64,000 nucleotides of DNA. It comes from Mobula hypostoma. Lineage: Eukaryota. Position 1 is the first letter of the stretch; each line of letters begins with the position of its first letter. Below are positions 27,398 to 38,149 of the stretch, piece after piece. The notes beneath the pieces are model-generated. The model saw nothing but the letters and a program-made list of their open reading frames with translations. It made no database searches and was not told where the DNA came from. The stretch lies in contig NC_086097.1 of the NCBI RefSeq assembly GCF_963921235.1, positions 179,492,001 to 179,556,000 on the forward strand. Direction: 5' to 3'. Made by a program: the position numbers and the translations under genes.

Positions 27398-30092
27398 ACA
27401 GAAACATAGAAAATCTACAGCAAAATACAGGGCCTAGCATGTCCTTACCTTAGAACTACTAGGCTTACCCATAGCCCTCTATTTTTCTAAGCTCCATGTA
27501 CCGATCCAGGAGTCTCTTAAAAGACCCTATCGTTTCCGCCTCCAACACCACCGTCGGCAGCCCATTCCACGCACTCACCACTCTGCGTAAAAAACTTACC
27601 CCTGACATCTCCTCTGTACCTACTTCCAAGCACCTTAAAACTGTGCCTTCTCGCACGAGCCATTTCAGCCCTGGGAAAAAGCCTCTGACTATCCACATGA
27701 TCAATGCCTCTCATTATCTTGTACACTTCTATCACGTCACTGCTCATTCTCTGCCACTCTAAGGAGAAAAGGCAGAGTTTACTCAACCTAATCTCATAAG
27801 GTATGCTCCCCAATCCAGGCAATATCCGTGTAAATCTCCTCTGCACCCTTTCTATGGTTTCCACATTCTTCCTGTAGTGAAGCGACCAAAATTGAGCACA
27901 GTAGTGGGGTCTGACCAGGGTCCTATGTAGCTGCAACATTACCTCTCGGCTCTTAAAATCAATCGCAAGATTGATGAAGGCCAATGCATCGTATGCCTTT
28001 TTAACCACAGAGTCAACCTGCACAACAGCCTTGAGTGTCCTATGGACTCTGACCCCAAGATCCCTCTGATCCTCCACACTGCCAAGAGTCTTACCATTAA
28101 GGCTGTATTCTGCCATCATATTTGACCTACCAAAATGAACCACTTCACAGTTATCTGGGTTGAACTCCATCTGCCATTTCTCAGTGCACTTTTGCATCCT
28201 GTCAATGTCCCGCTGTCACCTCTGACAGGCCTCCATACTATCCACAACACCCCCAACCTTTGTGTCATCAGCAAATTTACTAACCCATCCCTCCACTTTC
28301 CCTTCCAGGTCATTTATAAAAATCACAAAGAGTAGGGGTCCCAGAACAGATCCCTGAGGCACACCACTGGTCACCTACCTCCATGCAAAATATGACCCGT
28401 TTACAACCAGTCTTTGCCTTCTGTGGGCAAGCCAGTTTTGGATCCACAAAGCAATGTCCCCTTGGATCCCATGCCTCCTTACTTTCTCAATAAGCCTTCC
28501 ATGGGGTAGCTTATCAAATGCTTTGATGAAATCCATATACACTACATCTACTGCTCTACCTTCATCAATGTGTTTAGCCACATCCTTAAAAAATTCAATC
28601 AGGCTCGTAAGGCACGACCTTTTTTTTAACAAAGCCATGCTGACTATTCCTAATCATACCATGCCTCTCCAAATGTTCATAAATCCTGCTTCTCAGGATC
28701 TTCTCCATCAACTTACCAACCACTGAAGTAAGACTCACTGGTCTATAATTTCCTGGGATATCTCTACTCCCTTTCTTGAATAAGGGAACAACATCCACAA
28801 ATCTCCAATCCTCCGGAACATCTCCCGTCCTCATCGATGATGCAAAGATCATCGCCAGAGGCTTAGCGATCTCCTCCCTCACTTCCCACAGTAGCCTGGA
28901 GTACATCTCGTCGGGTCCCGGTGACTTATTTAACTTGATGCTTTCCAAAAGCTTCAGCACATCCTCTTCCTTCATACTTACATGCTCAAACTTTTCAGTC
29001 CACTGCAAGTCATCCCTACAATCACCAAGATCCTTATAAGTAGTGAATACTGAAGCAAAGTATTCATTAAGTACCTCTGCTAACTCCTCCAGTTCCATAC
29101 ATACTTTTCCACTGTCACACTTGATTGGTCCTATTCTCTCACATCTTATCCTCTTGCTCTTCACATACTTGTAGAATGCCTTGGGGTTTTCCTTAATCCT
29201 GTCCACCAAGGTCTTCTCATGGCCCCTCCTGGCTCTCCCAATTTCATTCTTAAGCTCCTTCCTGCTAGCCTTATAATCTTCTAGATTCCTATCATTACCT
29301 AGTTTTTTGAACCTTTCATAAGCTCTTCTTTTCTTCTTGACTAGATTTACAACAGCCTTTGTACACCATGGTTCCTGTACCCTACCATCCTTTCCCTGTC
29401 TCATTGGAACGTACCTATGCAGAACCCCACACAAATATCCCCTGAACATTTGCCATATTTCTTCCATTCGTTTCCCTGAGAACATCTGTTTCCAATTCAT
29501 GCTTCCAAGTTCCTGCCTGATAGCTTCATATTTCCCTTACTCCAATTAAGCGTTTCCCTTGTCTGTTCCGATCCCTCTCCAATGCTATGGTAAAGGAGAT
29601 AGAATTGTGATCACCATTTCCAAAATGTTCTCCCACTGAGCGACCTGACACCTGACCATGTTCATTTCCCAATACCAGATCAAGTACAGCCTCTCCTCTT
29701 GTAGGCTTACCTGCATATTGTGTCAAGAAACCTTCCTGAACACACCTAACAAACTTCACTCCATCTAAACCCCTTGCTCTAGGGAGATGCCAATCAATAT
29801 TTGGGAAATTAAAATCTCCCACCATGACAACTCTGTTACTATTACTTCTTTCCAAGATCTGTCTCCCTATCTGCTCCTCAATGTCCCTGTTACTATTGGG
29901 TGGTCTATAAAAAACACCCAGTAGAGTTATTGACCCCTTCCTCTTTCTAATTTCCACCCACAGAGACTCTGCAGACAACCCCTCCATGACTTCCTCCTTT
30001 TCTGCAGCCGTGACACTATCCCTGATCAACAGTGCTATGCCCCCACCTCTTTTACCTCCCTCCCTGTCCTTTCTGAAACATCTAAAACCTGG
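27398..30092 (-). mobile_element. CR1 LINE, most of ORF2, disrupted
   Basis: Endonuclease (29526-30029) and RT (27517-29500) fragments; TTTCTATGTTTCT tail near 27400. Confidence 0.93.
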
Positions 30093-30129
30093 TGAACCTT
30101 CTTTACACTGCCCTTAATACAAATATATA

Positions 30130-31000
30130 AAAAGGAAGTGTCCTTAGCAAGTAGGACTAAAGAGAATCTTAAGGCATTCTAAATATACATCAAGAGCAAG
30201 AAAATAACTAGGGAGAGGGCAGGACCGCTCAAGGATTAAAAAGCAATGTGCTTAGAGGCAGAGGATATGGGTGAGGTCCTAAATGAGTTCTCTGCATCGG
30301 TATTTACTCAGGAGAAGAACATGGAGGATAGGGAGATGCGTTAATATGCTAGGGTATTTTGAGATAAAGAAATGTAACGTTGACCCATATTCCTCTAAGC
30401 CCCTCCTCTCCATGTACTTATCACCCAAGTGCTTCTTAATTTACACTACTGTACCTGCCTCAATTACTTCCTCAGTAGCTCATTCTATACACTCACCACC
30501 CTCTGGGTGAAAATGTTGCCCCTCAGTTCACTTCTAAACCTTTCCACCTCACCCTAAATCTCTGCTCCATATTTTTCGGCTCTCCTACCCTGAAGAAAAG
30601 ATTGTTACCATCCACTTTATTGATGCCTCTCAATTTTAAACACGTCCATAATGTTATCCATTATTCTTCTACATTGCAAAGAATTAAGATCCAGCCTAGT
30701 CAACCTCTCCCAATAACTCAGGCCTTCTAGTCCTGGCAATATCCTTGTAAATATTTTAGAGTCATAGAATCTGCACTTTTTCCAGTTTCACTCTGTCTTT
30801 CTTATAATAGGGGGGCTAAAACTGTACACAATGCTCCAAGAGCAGCCTCACCAGACATATTGTATACAACTGCAATTTAACATCCTAATTCCTACACTCA
30901 GTGATCTGATTTATGAAAGCCAATATCCAAATCACTTTTTTCACCAGTCTATCTGTCACTTTCAACGAACTATGCATGTGTACTCTTCAGGTGCCTCTGT
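30130..31000. mobile_element. Decayed CR1 fragments in opposite orientations (+ ~30130-30375, - ~30376-31000)
   Basis: KENLKAF..YIKSK-like remnant on +, then the reverse complement of the CR1 3' region. Confidence 0.6.
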
Positions 31001-31170
31001 CCCATCACTGTCCCTAATACATACATATTGCTTTTGCTTTAACATTTCCTTCTTTTGGATGCATAACAACAGATAAAATACAAAGTTGATGATCAACATC
31101 GTTAAGCAGAAGCTGCATTAATTCCAGGCTCAGTAAAATTTAACACAAATATACCTCAACAAAAACTTAC

Positions 31171-32166
31171 CAGTTTCTTTTACATATTCCATCTCATTTG
31201 TATGTGTCTCATTCACATTTGTTTTCACAGTGTTCTGCAAACTTTCACATAATTTTCCTGATACCTTCCATTTAACTCTTCCAGTTTCAAGGACAGAGGA
31301 ACATTCATGGGAATTACATTTCTCAAGATGCTTTTTATGGTCACCTGGTGTGGCATCAACAATTTGTGCCAGCGAATTCTGATGAAATTCCTTATCGGCT
31401 GGTGCTACTTCTATGGGAGATGAATCTCTCTCCAGAAAAATTAAATTATGCTTGTAATTATCCAGTACTGATAAGTCAGTGGGCAGGACTGGAAAGTGCT
31501 CAGCATAGGTAGAAATTGCCTCAGAATTAATTGGGACTGTTTTGTGAGTCAGATGGATTGGTTTCTGGATCATTGCCATATCTGATGAAAGAGCATGATG
31601 AATGGGAGAAGATGCCGATTTACAAGCAGTCTTTCGACCCTTGCGACCAGATGTTTGCCAGTTCATGCTTCTGTAAATCTGAGCTTGTTTTTTCCGAGTC
31701 AGAATTGGAATGCTGTTGAATTCATAAGACGTACATTTGCGGTTAGCATGGGAGCCTTTTTCTGTCACTTGCGATGTTACATCTTCAGTGTGAGCTGGTT
31801 CATGCTCAACGTTCCCTAATTTATCTTTTTGCTTGACTGAAGGAACATCTGGACAAACATAAGCATCCTGGTGCATTGAACTTGTGTAAAGATACACAAA
31901 ACAAGGTTTATCTTCAGCAGCCGTTTCAGCGATCTCCGTTTTGAATTCTGTGTTAGGTTTATTAATGCTTACATCTGAAATTGATACTTTTGGCAACAAG
32001 TCCTCATGTGTAATGCAAACATCTTCGGATGAAGGGCTTTCAATAGGGAAGCAAACTTTCTGGTCAATGGTTACAAACAAATTGCAGGGTAGAGTTACAT
32101 TTAGGTCATTCTCACCAGCTGGCTCTTCAGATGCTGTCCTGTGCTCTGAATCTTCCGTTATCACTA
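31171..32166 (-). CDS. CABYR: Large internal exon of the CABYR-like gene (low-complexity, probably disordered)
   Basis: 996-nt open frame between an AAG/TAG tandem acceptor and donor ACTG|GTAAGT; phase 1-1, compatible with both flanking exons; no TE motifs. Confidence 0.8.
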
Positions 32167-32299
32167 CTTATCGAAAAATACAACCAAATATCACATGTAG
32201 TTTTGCTTTAAGCCACAGTAATATTTTAAAACTTAATATCAGAATCTAATTACCTTTCCTATATTATCTATGATCCTTAAGTTACTGGCCAAAAGCTAG

Positions 32300-32600
32300 A
32301 ATTTTGAACCAATAATTCATGGACATGAGTTTGAGTCCAACCATGCCACCTGAGGAATTCAAACTTAAATAATAAATCTGGAATTAAACAAACAAACCCA
32401 AGCTCAGTGATGAAACCATGAAAGTACCGAGATGTTATTAAAACCTTTCTGATTCAGTAATGACCTTCAGGGGAAGGTCTGACCTCTATATAATTCCAGA
32501 CTCCTCAATGCTGTTAACTTCTAAACTGCTTTCTCAATTCAGAGACAGTTATAAATGTTTAATAAATTGCTAGCAATGACCACATCCTTTGAAAGACTAA
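32300..32600 (+). mobile_element. Old SINE-like remnant
   Basis: B-box-like GAGTTTGAGTCC followed by a body resembling ancient elasmobranch SINEs; heavily diverged. Confidence 0.35.
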
Positions 32601-33127
32601 GCAATCTAAACAAGGTCTGAACAGTATCTGCAGGTTGTCTGCTCAAAGATAGTGACTTGCGTTTTCACAACTTCTTATCAGGAACAGTGAGATATTAGAA
32701 TCACAGTCTTGCAGCATGGTCACAGGTCTTACAGCCCAACTTGTCCACGCTGACTGTGTTGTCCAGCAAGCTAGGCCCCTCTGATGGATTTGGCGCACAG
32801 CATTTGAAACCTCTCCTACCCATGTACTTATTGAAATGATTTTTAAACATTGCTAATGTGTCAAACAATCACATCAGCAAACATCGATATAGACGGTCTT
32901 CAAAAGTATTCAGACCCCACAACTATTTTCACACTTTACTGTCTCATTTTCTAAATTTAAAATATATTGAAGTAAAATTTTTTGAACTAATCTACAATAC
33001 AAGAGAAAAATTCCAAAACCTGTCAACAATTTACGAAAAACTAAAAAACAAAATTGTGAGGCTGAAAAAGTATTCATCCCCTTTGTAACTGCTAGCCTCG
33101 TTTTCCTCAGGTGCAATACTGTATATT

Positions 33128-33445
33128 AGAATCAGAATCACATTTATTATCACCGGCATGTGTTGTGAAATTTGTTAACTTAAGAGTAGCAGTTCAAGAC
33201 AATACATAATATAGAAGAAAAAATAAAATAATAATAAATAAATTACAGTATATGTATATCGAATAGACTAAAAATCATGCAAAAATACAGAAATAGTATA
33301 TGTTAAAAAAGTGAGGTAGTGTCCAAGGATTCAATGTCTATTTAGTAATCGGATGGCAGAGGGGAAGAAGCTGTTCCTGAATCGCTGAGTGTGTGCCTTC
33401 GGCTTCTGTACCTCCTATCTGATGGTAACAGTGAGAATAGGGCAT
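33128..33445 (-). mobile_element. Rex1/Babar LINE 3' fragment inside the Tc1
   Basis: Closely similar to 58950-59280; (GATTCT)n tail. Confidence 0.75.
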
Positions 33446-34281
33446 TACCTTACCAACTCACCCAATTTGTTGATATACAAAATTGGAGGATCACCTGTTT
33501 TCAATGAATTCATCAGAATAAATACCCCTCTCTCTGTAAGGTCCAATAGTAAGATTTTTAACAGACTAACCCAAAATGAAAACAAAAGAGCATTCAAGAC
33601 AAGTCGGGGAAATGATAACAGAGAAGCACAAACTTGGGGAGGAGTACAAAACCATCTCGAAGGGACCAAACATACCTCAGAGCTCAGTGAAGTCCATCAT
33701 GAAAGGGTGGAACAATATGAAACCACAGCCACGCTGCCGAGGTCAGGTCGTCCTTCTAAGCTTGGTCACTAGAGAAGAATGGTGCTTGTGTGAGAGACTA
33801 CTGTGACAGCAACAGTCGGTCTGAGTAAGCGGCAGAAGTCAATGTCTGTAACTGGAGATTGTTCATGGCTCGACAATCTCTAAGGTCTTGCACAAAAAGG
33901 GTATTTATGGAAGAGTGGCAAGGGAGAAACCTGGCTAAAAAAAGAGCATAACCTTGCCTGTAGACTTTGCAAAGTGTCACTTAGGAGATAATGTAAAGAT
34001 GTGGAAGAAGGATGAGACTAAAGCGGAAAATTTTGGCCTCAACACTAAGCAGTGCGTGTGGTGTAAATCTCACACTGCACATCAGCCAAGTAACACCATC
34101 CCTGCTCTGTAGTATGGAGGAGGTAGCATCTTGTTATAGGGATGTTTTTTAGCAGCACAGAAATCTGGTCAGGGTTGTTGGGAAGATGAATGCTGCTAAA
34201 TACAGAGAGATCTTGGATAGAAACCTGCTAGCCTCTGCCAGAAAGCTTAAAATGGAGAGGAAGTTCATCTTTTAGCAGGAC

Positions 34282-34870
34282 TGTAGGGTAACATAATTAG
34301 GGGAAATATACATAATTCACAACCACCAACATTGAGTTGGGGTTTCATTTTGAGAGGCTAGTCTGACCTAATGATGTTATTACGCAGAAATTTTTAGCAT
34401 GCTTTTGTGTTTCGGTAAAATGTGCCACAGATTTCATTAAACATAAAACACTTCACTTCATTTTACTTGTGAAACCATATATTAGATCGACTTTGGAAAA
34501 AATTAACTTTCCGGCTAAACGTGCTGAAAAGCCTTGGATGTGTGGGACCATGGAACAATCGGGGGTGATGGCATCGTTAAGGTGTTGGTAATCACTTTAT
34601 AGGCAACAGCCATTATCGGACTTAGGACCACATGGAGTGGTGAAGCCCAGGGGCTATTTGACTAGCGTACAATGCCGAGTCTCTCCATGTTGGCAAACTC
34701 AGCCTTCGCTGTTTCCAGCTTATCTGGGTGTCCATTCTATGTGCACAGGTGTGGACTGGCATGCTAATTGTGGGAATGTGGTGCTCAACCCCATGTTTTG
34801 TGACTGTAGTGGAAAATGTATGCTTGGTGATGTCTGGGAATTTTCCCAGCAGTGGAGTAAAGTCACATGC
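34282..34870. mobile_element. Gypsy-derived remnant inside the Tc1
   Basis: Minus-strand TKHGVEHHIPT and SPWASPLHVV (RT N-terminus); preceded by a TG-starting LTR-like block. Confidence 0.6.
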
Positions 34871-35504
34871 TACCCAATCGAACATCTCTGGTGTGGCTTC
34901 AAGATAGCTGTCCATTACCACTCCTCAACTAACCTGGCACAGCTGGGTGATGAATACTTTGGAACTGCTAACATTTTTGAATTTTTAGTTTTTCATGCTT
35001 TATAATTTTTCATTTTTTGGACTCTACTGTGACAAAGGAGTATGTGATTCACAAATAATTCTCAGTTAAATTGATCAAAATCCTTGGTTATAATATTCAT
35101 TTAAGAGAACAAAGAGTTGGAGGCTGAGCACTTTTACAAAGCACCGTATTACACATGGATACATTGAGCACAAACTCCTTATACAAATAACTAATGTGGA
35201 CTATGAACAGTTGGGGCCCCAGCACTGATCCCTGCAGCATCCCAATGGTTACAGAGCTCGAACTGAATGACATATTTACTCCTTACCCTGTTTTCTGTTC
35301 ATTAAACAGTCATCAAACTATGACAGTATATTACGCCCAGCATCCTAATCTCAGTCCCATATGGACTACTTTTATTTTGAGACTGTTATCCTTGCTTCTA
35401 GATTCCTTGACGTGGAAAAAACATCCAGCCCTTTAAGAATGTTCTAAATTTCAAAGTGATCACCTTTCAATCTTTCAAACCTTGGAGAAGGCAAGTCTCA
35501 TCTA

Positions 35505-35830
35505 CTGAACAACACACACAAAATGCTGGAGGAACTCAGCAAACCAGGCAACATCCATGGAGGAAAGCAACATTTTGCACTGAAGCCTCACCAGGACGGG
35601 CAGGGGGTGTAGGAGCTAGAATTAGAAGGTGGGGGGGATTAAGCAGTACACGCTAGTAGATGATAGGTGGGTGGGGCAGGGAGAATGAAGTAATAAGCCG
35701 GGAAGTGACAGGTGGAAGAGGTAAAGGGCTGAAAAGACAAAATATAATAGGAGAGGACAGTGGACCATGGAATAAAGGGAAGGAGGTGAGGAAGCAGAGG
35801 GATAACAAACATTGAATAACATTAGTCATT
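35505..35830 (-). mobile_element. Decayed Penelope-tail remnant
   Basis: AACACACACAAAATGCTGGAGGAACTCAGC and the purine-rich tract resemble the reverse complement of the tail at 7500-7790. Confidence 0.6.
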
Positions 35831-36089
35831 TTGTTATGTAGCATTACTTGACCCTTTTATTTTTAAAGATTTATTCCTATCCTACATCCGTACTCAAATC
35901 AATCTCCTCCCACACCTAACTATTAAGCTCAAAGCTTTAACTACAGATATAATTGTTCAATTTGCAAGGACGCTGGCAAAAAAGATGATACAGTACATGA
36001 TTAAATTTCTTAGTTAGATGTCTCCATTTTACTCACATAATTGATTAATGATCTCATATCCAATTGTAAATCTGTATTTCATATTTATT

Positions 36090-36970
36090 TAGAGACACAG
36101 CACGGTAACAGGTCCTTTCAGTCCACTGAGCCCACACTGTCCAATTCCACCCATGTGATCAACTAACTTTCCAACCCGCATGTCCCTGGAACGTGGGAGG
36201 AAATTGGAGTGCCGGGAAGAAACCTATGAGATCACAGGGAGAACACACAAACTCCTGACAGCCAGTGACAGAATTAAACCCGAGTCACTGGTGCTGTAAA
36301 GCACCACGTTGACCGCCACGCCGCTGTAAAGCACCACGTTGACCGCCACGCCGATCACCACGCCACTGTAAAGCACCACGTTACCCACCACCCCGCTGTA
36401 AAGCACCATGTTACCCACCACCCTACTGTAAAGCACCACATTGACCACCACGCTACTGTAAAGCACTACGTTAACCACCACGCTACTGTAAAGCACCATG
36501 TTGACCACCACGCTACTGTAAAGCACCACGTTGACCACCACACTACTGTAAAGCACCACGTTAACCACCACGCTACTGTAAAGCACCACGTTGACCACCA
36601 CACTACTGTAAAGCACCACGTTAACCACCACACTACTGTAAAGCACCACGTTGACCACCACGCTACTGTAAAGCACCACGTTGACCACCACACTACTGTA
36701 AAGCACCACGTTGACCACCACACTACTGTAAAGCACCACGTTAACCACCACACTACTGTAAAGCACCACGTTGACCACCACGCTACTGTAAAGCACGTTA
36801 ATCACCACGCCGCTGTAAAGCACTATGTTAACCACCACGTTACTGTAAAGCACTACGTTAACAACTATGCCACTGTAAAGCACCACGTTGACCACATTAC
36901 TGTAAAGCACTACGTTACCCACCACGCTACTGTAAAGCATTACGATAACCACTACGCTATTGTGGCGCCC
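36090..36970 (-). mobile_element. tRNA-derived V-SINE (HE1-like) with an expanded head
   Basis: On -: A box TAGCGTAGTGG (~36950), B-box-like GGGTTTAATTC (~36275), V-domain GGAGTTTGTGTGTTCTCCC...CCCGGCACTCCAATTTCCTCCCAC. Confidence 0.8.
36290..36958. repeat. 30-bp minisatellite, ~22 copies
   Basis: Unit CGCTACTGTAAAGCACCACGTTGACCACCA; 22 CTGTAAAG cores counted; most homogeneous in the centre. Confidence 0.97.
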
Positions 36971-37267
36971 ACTGTAGGTGAGTGGTAGAACCTGGGCGAG
37001 GCTGATATTTCCTACTTTTACTGGGGTTATGAAATAAAAACATTCCCGAGATTATGATCTTGGTAGTTATGCTTTCTTTGTTCTATGACCCCAGAATCCA
37101 CAGCTGTATGGATTCCAGTTTGATGTTGGCAGCCAATCAGGGTCCCTTTGAAATCCGTCATTCAATCTCGTGATTGGTTTCATTTCAGTAATGGACCAAT
37201 TCAGCTTGCAAATATTTACCTTCTAAATTAATAAGTTTACCAAATAATGCAAATTTGGCTTTCATAC

Positions 37268-37321
37268 CTTTTTTTACATAGAATAAATTCACCAGTTCTT
37301 TTAAATCAAGAATTGGATTAA
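37268..37321 (-). CDS. CABYR: CABYR-like 54-nt coding exon
   Basis: CTTGCAG|...|GTATGA; phase 1-1; encodes (V)NPILDLKELVNLFYVKK, alignable to the mammalian CABYR segment NTTMDIKDLVKQFHQIK as recalled. Confidence 0.85.
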
Positions 37322-37489
37322 CTGCAAGATAGAGACATTTTCTTGATTAGTAAAAACAAAATGAAGTAATGAATATCTCAAGGACCCAAAAAGGCAGATA
37401 ATTCTCAGATAGAAGAATTTTTGAAAACATAAATTTTTGTTGAAAAACTAGTCCTTTAATAAAGGACGAACAAGGAACTGAATACAAAC

Positions 37490-37631
37490 CAGCTCTAAAC
37501 TCTAGTAATTCCTTGAAATAGATAGAGGCAAATTGATGTATATTTGTAGGCTGTTTCAGTAGAACAGTTTTCCCCAGTGTTTCCACAATAGTCTTGAAGC
37601 CATATGGAATTACAGGTTTACTGCAGGCCAT
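37490..37631 (-). CDS. CABYR: CABYR-like first coding exon, RIIa-type dimerization/docking domain
   Basis: MACSKPVIPYGFKTIVETLGKTVLLKQPTNIHQFASIYFKELLEFRA (PYGxKT...QFAxxYFxEL); Kozak AAGATGG; acceptor TTTAG before 37660; donor G|GTTTGT. Confidence 0.88.
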
Positions 37632-38149
37632 CTTCAAGGAATTTGTTCTGTACTTCAGAACTAAAGAGGAAAAAAATTAATGCAAACGTCATTGTCCATA
37701 TGATGTGCCTTGTACTTCGTTTTATTTACACATATCCATCCACTCATTCTGATTATCAAATTTATTTATAGCATACTTCCCAAACACACATGATTTAATA
37801 TAGCCTTGTAAATTATGTACTTTTAAAAAGTAATCCCATTTGGGAGGTGCCAAATGTTTTTAACATTTTTCAAGCTTCCCTGTTTGAAGATGGTTCTGCC
37901 CTTGTTAATGGTAGCATTTAAAAGGCATCTAGTAAGGAACTCAAGAATTTTAATATAAATGGTCTTCTAATTTTTGGGGGTTAAAATAATTAAATTAAAT
38001 TAAATAGCATTTTCTTGTGTTTATATTAATATATCTATTTCAAGTATTAAAAATAATTAGATCACTAGAGTCTTTGAATTGATGGTGCATAGCAGGGGCA
38101 GTCAAGATGTTCTGCATGCCACAAATCACAAGGTTATTAAGCATTTGGC

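Larger units (their letters stand above)
32894..35146 (+). mobile_element. Decayed Tc1 transposon with two nested insertions
   Basis: TIR motif AAAAGTATTCA.CCCC at ~32902 and ~33065, inverted at ~34950 and ~35130; transposase N-terminus MKTKEHSRQVGEMITEKHKLGEEYKTISK at 33576; PIEHLW remnant at ~34873. Confidence 0.85.

Noticed and set aside
36290..36958. CRISPR-like array, or a 242-aa Val-rich protein (ORF 36224-36952)
   Set aside because: The units are head-to-tail with no unique spacers, there are no cas genes and the context is eukaryotic. The ORF is a by-product of a stop-free 30-bp unit.
37347..37637. 96-aa single-exon ORF, or a PKA RII subunit
   Set aside because: Similarity ends at a GT donor (37489) and continues in a 54-nt exon; no cAMP-binding domain exons were found.
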